The notes under the pieces are model-generated. The model was not told the DNA's origin and ran no database searches. It saw only the letters and a program-made list of their open reading frames with translations. Shown here piece by piece: positions 13,010 to 25,124 of a stretch of 64,000 bases of DNA. This stretch comes from Tubulanus polymorphus. Taxonomy: Eukaryota; Animalia; Nemertea. Position 1 is the stretch's first letter. The number at the start of each line of letters is the position of its first letter. The translations under genes were made by a program, and so were the position numbers. The stretch spans positions 17,952,150 to 18,016,149 of the forward strand of contig NC_134026.1 of assembly GCF_964204645.1 (NCBI RefSeq), in the 5' to 3' direction.

Positions 13010-15408
13010 TTAAACAAAATCTACAACAAATAAAATAATACCATGAATCCACGAATCTCTTGACGAACCTTCCTTGCTTCTGACGATCTTCCGAGGTTAT
13101 GATTCAAATAATTCCAGGACGCAAAAATACGCACTCAGATACAGAGACACAGAAACACTGTCCGTTTTAATAAACCCCCATGATTAGAAAAATTTTGATG
13201 CCAGGACTTAAATTAGTAACAGTTGTATGAATTTGTATGAGCTATGTTCTGCAGAGTCTGTCAAACATTAAGACTTTTTTCTTTGATATTTGTATATGTG
13301 TGGGTTGGTTTCCCAGAATTGAGCATTTGTGCCTCTCCGATTAAGGATTTCAATTGTAGCTTGCATATCTCGAGTTGAAGGATGTACACATGTTTGTTTT
13401 GCTTTCCCTGTGTTTCAACTAGTTCTAATCTGAAAAGAATATGATATAGAAAGATAAAGAGACTTCTTAGAAATATGTTCTATTGCAAAGTATGATTAAG
13501 TATGATAACTTACTGATCTATTAGTTTCTTTTCTATGTCGGATGAGTACCATGTAATGTCATCATTTATTGATAGTCTCCAATTTTTGCTCCCTTCATAG
13601 ACATCTCGCTTAAGAACTCCGATTTCACTGCTTCTTAGTTGAATATTAACACCCTCTGTAATGTTGCTTCAGCATGTGCCTTGAAAGTTGCTGGATGTGG
13701 ATCTTTTTTTCAAGTTGGTCTTTGTGCTTTTGCATTTTTACATCAAAATGATTCATCTAGGAGATTGAATCATTTGATGTGGGAAGGAAGGACATTCTAT
13801 TAAAGCTTTGTGTATTCAGTGTGGCGAGAGCAATGCTGAATATTTTGTCTGACCATTCACATCGATGAAGCTTGATGTAGGCATCAAAGCATTTGAATGT
13901 GTTGTCATCACCACTCATTCCTCTTTTAATTTCTGCACATTTTATCGGGTGATTACCAATTCTGAGTGCGTAGCTAGGTATCTCAAATACTTGAATCTGT
14001 TCAGAGTTAATTATGTGTCATGCTTCTAACACTGTGCATTCTTTGGCAGACATCTGCTCTCTTTGGGCCTAATTTTTCTGTAAGTATCCCTTTAAAGGAG
14101 CAAAGTCTGCAGTGTCTCTAAAGCTCTTGTACAACAAAAAATTTAAAACAAAAAATACATGGCAGGAAGTCATTGTTTCTTGAACCTGAATGACGTCTTG
14201 CTGCAATGATATATATGTCTTTCACCTGTTGCTAATACCTAGATGTTCTGTTTGAAATTTCCCATGTTTCAACTTTGCAAAATGAGGGTTTGCTTCATTT
14301 TTCATCTTCCTTAGCAGGAGCCAGAATGCAGATTCATTGGCGTGCTGGCTGATGTGGTGATTTTGTTTTTGGATATTTATAGAGTTCCTCAAAAAGTTGC
14401 ATGGAAGTAGCTTGTTATAAAGTCGCTATTATTTTGATGTTCTTGCAGTGATTGTACTCTTGGCCCTATAGAAATTGAAATGTATATATAATCTTAAATC
14501 CCCCTGATTATTGAAATGGTATAAGTGCTTGAAACATTCTAAATATTTTTCTTTGTCTGTTAATATAAGTTATCTTTCACTGAGTGATGGCAATTTTCTC
14601 AAAATTTCGAGGATAGTTGTACATTTTATTGCTTGGAGATACGTGAAAATGCTAGGCTAAACAAACGAAAGAACATTCAAATGACTGTAAACACAGGTTG
14701 TGGCATTATTTCACGATATTCCTCTTCTGTCATTACTGTTTGAGACCTAAGTGCCTTTTCTAGTTAGTTGTCTGCACCACCATCAGTATCACATCTCTAG
14801 ATAGATCTATTCCAATATTGGTATCAGAACCTCAGTAACTCACTCACTGATCAACTATGAGGAAGTGTTTAATTGTCTGACTTCTGTAATACGTAGCATA
14901 TACCAATGAAAATTCTTCTGAGTGTAACCCGCACTTGCCTGTTGTTATTGGCCACCGTGTGGTCCTCCAAATCTGATTACCTAAATCACCGATACCAACA
15001 ACAAAATACAAAACGCAAACACTGGAATAAAATACTACACTATATATGTATGCCTAATTATTAATAATGAAGTTATTGAAATTATCAAATTATCAGACAG
15101 TAAATTAAGATCAAACTACTCAATTACGTCAAATCACTCAATTCAATCGAAGACTTCAAATAATTAGAATTAACCAATGCATATTAAATTCATTAATTAA
15201 ACAAAATCTAAAACAAATAAAATGATTCCATGAATCCACGAATCTCTTGACAAACCTTCCTTGCTGCTGATCTCTCGAGGTTATGATTCAAATAATTCCA
15301 CGACGCAAAAATACGCACACAGATACAGAGACACAGAAACACAGTCAGTTTTTATAAAATCCCCATGATAAGAAAAATTTTGATGCCAGGACTTAAATTA
15401 GTAACAGT
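13010..15408. repeat. ~2.2-kb macro-tandem repeat, right array
   Basis: Collinear with 2665-4269 and then 2117-2870; 13010-13222 recurs at ~15197-15408. Confidence 0.9.
13230..14985 (-). pseudogene. Second copy of the degraded tyrosine recombinase fragment
   Basis: Same motifs (IPSYALRIGN etc.) and same intron in the right array unit. Confidence 0.62.
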
Positions 15409-15547
15409 AAAGGACACTTATGAATGAGGAGATTGAGATATCTCTCTTGAGATACGAGATTTTGTGCACACAAATACAGAGACACAGTACAGTAAAGGAC
15501 GCTAATGAACGAGGAGATTGAGATATCTGTCTTGAGATACGAAATTT

Positions 15548-16530
15548 TGTTACACACCCCTGCCAGACCGAACAAGGTCGAACAATATAGCAATAAAATT
15601 TCCATAAGGAGAAGTGACCGGCAGATCTTCAAATCGAGTTGAACGTATAAGACGGATAATGCCTCAGAAGAAGAAAACGGAATCACAATTTATTTATTTT
15701 TTTTATTTACAGCCGTTTATTTTGAGGATTTTAAAGGTACTGATGTTGAGCGATGTAAACGCGGCACTGTATACAGTTGAACGCATCACCGGCATATCCA
15801 AGATATTTTACACCAAGGTGTTCGTGCAGCAGCACATACTCGTTCTTCCCACGGACGTCAGTTTGAGTCGAGGCGTCCCGTCTCACGATACCTGGTGTTA
15901 AGATGATCGGTACTTTTGGAGGATACCGCGGGGGAATCACCGGAACCCGTTTACGGTACTTTACAGTGACCAGCTTCGGTGCCGGTTCACCCTCTGATCC
16001 CGCCTCCACGACTTGTGTGAGGATAGCGTCCAGCTTGCTTGGTGAAGGCGCGGTACTAGCTGGCGTCTCGATAGCTGTACCATTATGGTACCGCATCATG
16101 TGAGATTCAAGGATTGCAGGAGGGAAAACCCCTTCACAGATCTTACATACTTACATACTCATACGAAATCGTTAATATAATTTCACGTACTGCAACAGCA
16201 GCTTTTAGTTAACCACAAGAAATCAACATACGTCATGCTCAAAGACAAGAAAGGTTCATACTCTGCAATTGCTTACATACTTACAAAAGGGAAAAGACTG
16301 CGATTGACACTTGCTATTAAACTTTAACCTCACACAACGAACACATATAGACCGCGGACATTTCATAACCTTAAGGGTTGCCTATATGAATTTCATTTAA
16401 ACTTAAGTACGCACACATAGAAACTGGCCTTACAGGCCTATAATAAAAACGACAACGAAGGCGACAAAAGCTTATGATGATATCAAGAGCAAACGATTAT
16501 CAGACCCGTGTTAAATACTTAACCCTTACA
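15548..16530 (-). mobile_element. Probable 3' LTR (~983 bp) of a minus-strand LTR retrotransposon
   Basis: Minus strand TGTAAG...GTAACA, preceded by PPT-like GGAAGGGGTAT (16531-16541); no second LTR or TSD in the window. Confidence 0.5.
15731..16099 (-). CDS. Hypothetical 122-aa protein inside the probable LTR
   Basis: ATG start; GC-rich versus flanks; AATAAA about 10 nt after the stop; DASTQTD motif; C-terminal His/Cys cluster. Confidence 0.45.
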   Translation of the reverse strand: MMRYHNGTAIETPASTAPSPSKLDAILTQVVEAGSEGEPAPKLVTVKYRKRVPVIPPRYPPKVPIILTPGIVRRDASTQTDVRGKNEYVLLHEHLGVKYLGYAGDAFNCIQCRVYIAQHQYL

Positions 16531-16919
16531 ATACCCCTTCCGTATGGTTCCGCATTCGATGTCAGATATATCGGTTTCTTCGCTACTTGAAGTCATAATA
16601 CTGTATTGTCAATTTTCCTTATGTATTCCTTATTTTGTTATGTTGATAGGCGCTTTGTTGCGTTTTTCAACAAAGATGACGTCAAGCGACGATTGAGTTT
16701 AAACACACCTGGCGGCCATTTTTTGAACTCAGTGAGTGGAAAATAACTGAATTTCAAAAGCTTATATTTGGCATAATATTTTAAAAATCAACCTTGCATT
16801 CGTTTGTGTGATTTATTTAATGCATACGTTTTGTATATTTACATTTACGATTAAATATAAATAGTGGGCATGTGCCCTTTAAACTAATTTTTTTCTATTC
16901 TTTAAATAGTTTTCAAACC

Positions 16920-17480
16920 AGTTGTTCAAGACACCTCTTATTAGATAAAAACATCATTTTCTTAATAAGATTTTGTGATCAATGGTGTCAAAGGCTTTAA
17001 ATAAATCTAGGAATACCCAAATGGTTGATTTGTTTTCTTCTAAATTTTGTGATGTTTCGTCACTTATCAAGGTTAAGGCCATGGCAGTTGAGTGGTTCTT
17101 TCAAAGCCAAACTGGTTTGGTTGAATAATATGAAAACTACAATATTCTGTTTATCGATTGTCCACTTTCTTTTCAAGAATTTTGGAAAAGCAACGCAGTA
17201 CAGATATCAGTCTATAATTATCAAAAGAGTCATTATTGCCAGCTATAGAGAGAGGACGTATCCGCGCTACCTTTTCGTAGCCATTAACAATGATACCGTT
17301 CCTCTTGAAAGAGCAAGGTAATCTACTCCAATCATTGGAAGATTTTCCAATTAAATTGTATAAGATATTCCATGTTTTTTCATATCGGATTTGGCTGCTA
17401 ATAATTTAGTCTCGTAATACTTTTTCTTGGCATATTTGAGTGAACAAGACAAGGTATGTTTGTAATTCAAATATGTGAAA
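16920..17480 (-). pseudogene. CR1/L2-type LINE ORF2 fragment
   Basis: VFLDLFKAFDTIDHKILL at ~16960-17020; AKKKYYETKL at ~17405-17432. Confidence 0.75.
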
Positions 17481-18416
17481 TGTTCCAATTACTCCAAGGA
17501 TAGAACTGCCTTATGGTAACTGTTTAATATTTTAGAGCAACAATGATGACAGAAGTTACTTCAATCACATTTATTCTATAACCCCAACAAAATACATGTA
17601 CTCTTTCTCAGACTCTGGTTTACAAGTCCATACTTAAATTCTTACATATCAATCACGTTCTCATCATTACCACATTCAGCATTTTCGTAGTAATGGAGAT
17701 TGATACACTCGGCATCACTGCCTTCAGATATATCAAAATCAGCCCGGGTTGATTTCTTGGATCACTTTTCTCTGCATAATTGACATCCATATGATTTTCA
17801 TCAGTTTCATCATAATCGACGGGCATAGCACAACCAATTCCCTCTGTATTGCGTTCCGATTCTGATGCATAGCAGTCATCGTTTAAACTTCAGCAGTAGA
17901 ATTTTCATTGTCATCAGCTCTAGTGAAATATACTGCATTCCATCTATGGTTTGTAGCTTTCAGGACTCGATCAACTGAATTTTGTTTAAATACTGACCCA
18001 TACTGCATATATGATCACCATGGCTTCAGATCCTAAAAAAGAAATAGAATATGTATGAATTACAGCCAGAGTTGTTATGCATTGAATTAAATCCTTAAGT
18101 GACGATGACTCTATAACTTGATTTAGCATGTTATTCCATTGAGACAGTAGTCAGTTTAACAGTTTTGATGGTCAAGACACTTCGGTTATTATGTTCATCA
18201 CGTTTCCATTCAAATTGAACTCTGCGTTTTTGGTATGTATAATCCACGATTATAGTACTGGTACTGTAAAAGAGTCACAAAAGTCCACATGCAACTTTAC
18301 AAGAAAACAATAATACAAGTTGTTGATTGAATTGTTTTTAAAACCAAAATGTTGTCGTTAGTTAGGCCTAAATTAACCTGCTGCTAAATTTTACAGCAAT
18401 CTAAATGCCTTCAACT

Positions 18417-18850
18417 CTAAAGAACTTGGCCTACCTGTCGGTTATGTACTCTTCTTGCTCTACTGAATCCATAGTTATAGATTAGTGAATCTTTCGTGAG
18501 ATTCCTATGCGGGAATGGTTTGCCTATGTTGTTTCGTAAAGGAAATGCATCATCACCTATGATGTGATAGTGAATTGGTATGTCCTGGCCAGGGACAACA
18601 CCTGGGGGAAGGATATTGAGTAATTCATTTTGCATCGCTTCGTTAAGGGACGACTGGTTAAAGACACCAGCATCTCCACTTCCACCACAGGCGCCAACGT
18701 CGATGTATAGAAATTGATGATCGGCATCAACTAACGCTAACAATGTTACACTGAAAAAGTGTTTATAATTTCAAAAATTTGATCCAGTACAGTCTGGCTG
18801 CTTGAGTTGAATATGTTTCCCATCCAATGCCTCCTTACATAAGGGAAGGT
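18417..18850 (-). pseudogene. PIF/Harbinger transposase fragment (DDE_Tnp_4-like)
   Basis: ALDGKHI, NYKHFFS, LALVDAD, IDVG, IIGDDAFPL, YNYGFSRARRV. Confidence 0.9.
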
Positions 18851-20195
18851 TTCCTAAGAGTTTTTTAAGTTAAGACTTATTAAAATAACTCGAAACGAAT
18901 GAGAATGACTTTAGAACATCTCCGCGATAACTGCTGCGATTTGAACGCTGAAATTTCTAATGAATAACCAATGGGTGGGCGAGCAGAGAGTTATGGTGGC
19001 GGAATATAGATCTATTCCAATGTATTTGAAATTTTTATGCTCATTTTTTGCAAGCCGGCTTTTAAATTGATGAAAAAACTTACTTTTGATTTGCGGACGA
19101 TTGCTGCGCTGTACTAATTTGCATAGTTGAACACGGATCATATAAACCAGATTTCATATAAACATTTAATGTACGGTGCGGCTCTCTTTGCGCTGCAGGC
19201 TCTGCGGTTAATAACCGTGTCTGCTCTCCGGCGGGGTGTACATCCAGTGACCGGCGCTAACTGGCTGGCTGGCCAGATCTTGAGGTTGATGCCGTGAGGT
19301 GGACAAGCTAGAGATGCTTGCCTTTGCAGTTCATAACGGCAGGGAATATTGTCTTTATACAAATGCTAGTGAGAAGTGCGTCATGAACACAACAATGGGG
19401 TGGATATTGTGACCAATTAGATATGAGAAATGAAAAAACCTTTTGCATTTGGTAAATCCCAAAATTGAAGAACTAACCGAGTAACCCGATTGTAAGTCAA
19501 GCCGGGTACAAAATGTTTTTCTGATGAAAACATGAAGGACTAAAAGAATTTTTTTTATTTAATGAATTTTGCAGAATGGGGGGGGGGGGGGAGAATCTGT
19601 GCTCAAAGTCATTGTAAAATGTCTTGGCTATGCAAAGTACTTTACCTTAGACTTCACAAAGCCCATGGACCTCTAGTTGCGACCTGCTTCCATTCTCCTG
19701 GTGATTTGGGGGCATTTTAATGATAGAGTCAAGAATCAATCAGAAGCCAGGAAAGCAGTTCAAATGCTGCTAGTCACATAGATGAAATTGAGGAAAGTGA
19801 TGAGGAGCCAGATGAGACATAAATGACTGCGAAGAAATCAATCAAAAGACCACTGGCATCAACCCCCGTCCAGTCTTCATTCCAGAAAAAAAATTATCAG
19901 TGATAGGTTGGAGATCAATGCGCTGGCTGGTATCGGAAATTTTCTCGAAAAAATGTATTGAAAAGTGCCCCTACACCTGCTCCTGTACCCGTTTCTGAGG
20001 AGGAGATTGATACATATGGTAGAACTCTTGCTCATGACTTTGACTTGATGACGATGCCTATTCCTAAAGCATGAGATTTCAGATATGCTGATTAAGCTTG
20101 AATAGGGAGACTTGTGACACCTCATGCACAAGAGCCATATTATATGAATCGGGATCAGAGACGCTACTGAAGAGTATTACTGCCAGTTGTAATTA

Positions 20196-20795
20196 ATTTT
20201 TTAAGGGGGCATACTGTATTCACTTCGTCGTCCGTCCGTCTGTCCGCAGTGGTTTCTGCGCCCTAGCACCTAAACCCTTTAACAGGTTTTCTTCAAATTC
20301 AACAGTTGTGTTGTACTATATGAGGTTAGTAACTGATTAGATTTTGGGTCCTGTAGGTCCAAGGTCAAGGTCGCAGGAAGCCATTTTGTCATTTTCATTG
20401 CCGAGCTCTAATTCATAAATGGTTTAAGATTGCTTACTGAATTTCTATGGATAGGTTATCTTAGGGACTGCCTGGACTGTGGGTAACTGATTAGATTTCA
20501 GGTTCAAGGTCAAGGTCCAGGAAGCCATTTTGTGAATTTCATTACCGGGCTCTGACTCATAAACGGTCTTAGATAACTTACTGAAATTCTATGGATGGGT
20601 TATCCTAGAGACCGTGAGTAACTGATTACATTTCAGGTCCCATAGGTCACCAGGAGCTGTTTTGTATTTTTCATATCCGGGCTCTTAATTCATAAACGGT
20701 ATAAGTTACCTGGTTACCCTAGAGACTGTGACTGATTATATTTTGAGTCCTGTTGGTCAAAGGTCAAGGTCTCCAGAAGCCGTTTTGTATTTTTC
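20196..20795 (+). mobile_element. HINE/DINE-1-like element fragment
   Basis: T-run start, GTCC/GTCT microsatellite at 20226-20247, then about four diverged ~120-150-bp internal repeats with AAGGTCAAGGTC. Confidence 0.7.
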
Positions 20796-20969
20796 ATTTC
20801 CTTCCTTCGTAAATAGGTCGACATACGCTCAGGGTGTATTTTACACTTAGGCGTTTCACCTGATGTGGGGCATCAGTCATCTTCAGCGACATTCTAGTTA
20901 TCTTATTTTTCACCTGTTTGCCCCTTCTTTCAAAGTCTAATTCCGTCAATTGAATTGTCATTTCAACAT

Positions 20970-21290
20970 TATCATTATTCCAAAGGCATATTTCAACCAC
21001 TCTGCGAGCTCTTGAAAATCGGTAGTTGGAAATGCTTTGCTCAGTTGTGATATTTTGAAAATGGAAAAGGTTTCATTAAATCGTCCCTCAGTGGGAACTC
21101 ATCATTGCCCTTCAATGTGGTTGGACATCATAATATCTGAATCCGGAATGTGTGCAAGCCTTTGATTTAAGGCTCGCAGTAAACTGCATCCAGCAAAAAC
21201 TTCTCCATCTGAAACCCTTCCATTGCAGCTGACATCCATATAAATAACCTTTTAATCAGCATCAACAAGTGCCATTTGAACAATGCTTAA
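20970..21290 (-). pseudogene. Second PIF/Harbinger transposase fragment
   Basis: MALVDAD*KVIYMDVSCNGRVSDG and NYRFSRARRVVE on the minus strand. Confidence 0.8.
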
Positions 21291-22999
21291 GAAGTTCTTT
21301 CATGATCAGGGGCGGATCTAGGATTGAGAGAAGGCAGGGGTCTGAACAGGAATTAAGGGGCATAACAGTGACTTCTACCTCAAACAGCAAGCCGCGGGGG
21401 CCTAGGGCCCTGAGCGGGGGCAACTTTAGATGTTCTTTGAAATATCGGGCAAAAAATGGCGCGATATACAGCATTTTGTTTTCATCGACAACTTGCTTTT
21501 GCATCAAAAACTTAACAATAGTTTACTAGTCTGTTGTAGCAAATGAGTGTCGACTGAATAACCACTCTCGGACATGATAACTTTCAGTAGATAGAATAAT
21601 AAAAACCCTCTACATACGAATTGAAACAAGATAAATAATTCCTAAAGGACGCAAAAAATCTGAACAAAAAATGACCTTGGTACATATTTTAGAATTATTT
21701 ACCAGACAATGTTTTAGCAAATATGTATCCTCCCAATGTTGCAATCAATGTGCAATTTCCCCGGTCAAAAATAAGTTTTTTTAGATTATCCATGGTGGTT
21801 TCAGTTTCCTCTTCGGAAAGCCAATCTGGTTTTTTTTAATCGACAGCCAACCACAAGAAAAAACTTTCTGACGTCAAGTTGCGACCAAATATTTCTTTGG
21901 CACATAGAATGTCCTGGGTTACAGGAATATTTTAGCCCTCACTGAGCCAAACACAATGAGGTTTCTTCATACTGTTATGTTTTGGTTTGGACATATTGGA
22001 CAGGTTATCATTGAGGATATCGCAAAATGCTGTGGTTCACAATTTTTAAAACATAATCAGCAAGGCCCAACTGTTCCTAAAAGCTGTCTTTAAACTTGTG
22101 GTTTCATGAGTGGTTTTATAACTCGAGATTGTACCAAATATTGTATACATTATTGTTAAAAACCTCTATCCACATAAAGTATTCAACTTGAATACATTCA
22201 CATCGATTCATCACACCTCACTGTAGTTAAGTGGAATTATTTAGAATGATTTGTGACATCTCTTGGCAGCAATGTTTGTCCCATACCGAATTTCTTATCT
22301 ATTCCCATCACTATTTTATTGTCTCCTTTTTGAATTACCAAAAAGTATTAAGCAGATATAAGGGGCTGTTCAAAATTATGTAACGCATTAGGGGGTGGGG
22401 GTCTAACAAATTTTATTACAGCTTGTTACAGGGGGAGGGGATGTCAGGACATCTGTTACATAACAAAACACATGGAAATCACAGAAGGATGAAATTCTTC
22501 ATAATACCCTTTGAACTATAGAATATGCTTGCAACAATAGCTGAATTATATTCAAGAATTTGACCACTGAGGGCAACATGAACTTTAAACATTTGTTTAA
22601 CACGTTTGCTGCCGCTGACGAGATAAATCGTCATGGGGGGGTGCACTGCAGTTTTCCATGACAAATTATATCGTCATCGATTCAATGTCAATTTATAGCG
22701 TTATGAACGACCTGGCAGAGGCGAGAAACCAGCTAACAATTGTCTGGCAGTATGGAAAGACTAAGATATTATTTATGGGGGTAACTCAAGTCTGGGGCAC
22801 ACTTGAAATTTTTCCAAAAAAATCTTCAGAAAGCAATGAATTTTAGCTTCTTTTCAGGCCAATATTTAGAGAGAATATAACGACTAAAACCACTCTTTAT
22901 CATTTTTACAATAAAACTTTTATTCTTTTAGATTTTTATTTGATTTTTCACACTTTTCACTGGCAATGGGGACAAGAAAAAATTGAGAAACTCTTCACC

Positions 23000-23648
23000 A
23001 GTGCCAGTGTTGAACATATCATCTTTGAACTCTGGTAGATCTCAAACTCGTTTCATGTCTCTCAGGTGTCTCTTACTTTTTATTTTCATTGATGCACAGA
23101 CGGAACCAGCTTGTGCTGTGAAGCAACAGCGAAATCATCTCAGAAGAGGGGCCTGTTTGTTCGCAGCAGTAATGCCAATTGGAATCCTTGCTTTGTCGTC
23201 CTGCGAGTGAAATGTCACTTCATTCGGGCCAAGTAATGAAGCAATTTCCTCTAGGTTAGCTATACTTGCACGTGCAAATAGGCCATCTGGATGTGCTGAG
23301 TGTCTATCATTTTGAGATCTCACTAATCTGACAGGGGCGGTTTTGATATGCCATTTTTCTTCTTTATTCATCGAATTTCTAGGTAACAGTCGGAGATATA
23401 CTGAACTACGAGACAGATTATAGCCACTAATTTCAAGGACTTTAGTTAAATCATCAAGGGTTCTCACAGTCTTCTCACAGTCTGAATCATTTCTGAACGA
23501 CGGCGCTCGTCAGCAGCAGATCCACCTATTGCAATATCTACAATAGCTTTTATAAGTTTGTCCTCGTCCTTAACTATGTGAGGACAACCCTTAACCCCTG
23601 GTTCATTGACTTAAAGTTTCTTTTTTGTTTCGTCATCGAGAGCATCTA
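23000..23648 (-). pseudogene. Zator transposase remnant (N-terminal part continues at ~29056-29450)
   Basis: GSAADERRR, LSRSSVYLRLLPRNS, FHSQDDKARIPIGITAANKQAPL, HKLVPSV. Confidence 0.8.
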
Positions 23649-25124
23649 TTTAGGGTTTTCTGTTATTTCACAGAAAACCCTATTGATATCCGCGTGATTA
23701 TTAGGGTTTTCTGTTATTTCACAGAAAATCCTATTGATATCCGCGTGATTATTATTAGGGTTTTCTGTTATTTCACAGAAAACCCTATTGATATCCGCGT
23801 GATTATTATTATTATTATTTTCTTCCACACTATTTTTACCAAAAGAACATAGGCTTTGTTACCTTACCGCTGTTTCATATACAATCCATATAATATCGTT
23901 CAGATCACTGAGATCTACAAATAGCCCGCGTGTTTTTTCACGAATCATCGTTACAAAAGCGCTGTCGGGCCGTAAACATCGAAAATTTAGCCCCATTCAA
24001 TGGGGCGACATGTTTTTCGAGTCGTCATCCCGAAATCAACCCGCAGGCTGACTGTCACTTCGATTATCAATTCAAGTGTAAATGAACTAATTTATTGCCG
24101 CAGACTTCAAATTCAGTCGCGGTCTTCAAACAGTGATTTTAACAATAGCCCATTTTCCTCATCAAATCATATTACCGATACACTGGAAATTTACGTCAAG
24201 CCGTAAACATCGACGAATCGACGTGTGTTACTACATCGTCGTTCCGGGGATCAGCTGCGAGTTTCTCCTCATCATGAGAATCAAATCGAGTACAAATTAA
24301 TTTTTTACTACTAGTGATTTGGCTGCGGGTTTCAAGGAGTTAGTTTAACAATACCTATTTTTCTTTACCGAATTAACCGTGTATTTACTAAGATAAATCT
24401 TTAGTGTACCGGGGAATCGTAGGCCTAAACTAAACACGCCGAAGAGATATAGCGGAGAAAAGCTGTTATGTCGACGAGGTATCAAAATAAAAGAATATAT
24501 TACTTTATTCGGCCGCGGGCTTCAACCTCTATATCAATACCATCAATACTCTTTATTTCCTACAGTACATACCGATCATTGTCAAATGCACAAGGTATTT
24601 ACTAAATACAAGTATATAACACATAATCCTTTCCGTATGCTGGACTCACACATGACATTCGGAGTAAGCGTTCGCTGTGGGGGAAAGGGATCGTTCGCTG
24701 TGTCGCTTGAAGTGTTTATCGAGTTTGACGCGGCTTTAGGCCTACCGGTACTGAGCTTTACTGTCTCAAACAAACACAGGACAATTGTTGCGTTTATTAA
24801 CGGACTCATTGGATTGAACTTCAAAACAAAATTTACGATATTTAGGTGGGTTGTTAAATTCAATAGGCCTACGACCAATCTGTCCGGATGTTAGGCCTAC
24901 GCATATACAAAGGCCTACATAGGCTAGTAGCCTCTACTAGGTTAAGCGTTCGCTGTGGGGGAAAGGAGATCGTACGCTGTGTCGCTTGAAGTGTTTATCG
25001 AGTTTTACGCGACCTTAAGGCTTTAGTATGGTGGCTGATAAGGGCCATGCGTAAAAAAAACACGTATATGCAAATGAGGGCGACATTATGACCAAACGAC
25101 AAAACTAAAATAACGCGACAAAAC

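Noticed and set aside
16590-16882. Kolobok-like right end (GTGCCCT|TTAA)
   Set aside because: Left end not identifiable, so boundaries are unsupported
21307-21430. CAGGGGCGGATCTAGGA hAT-like MITE end
   Set aside because: No matching opposite TIR or TSD found
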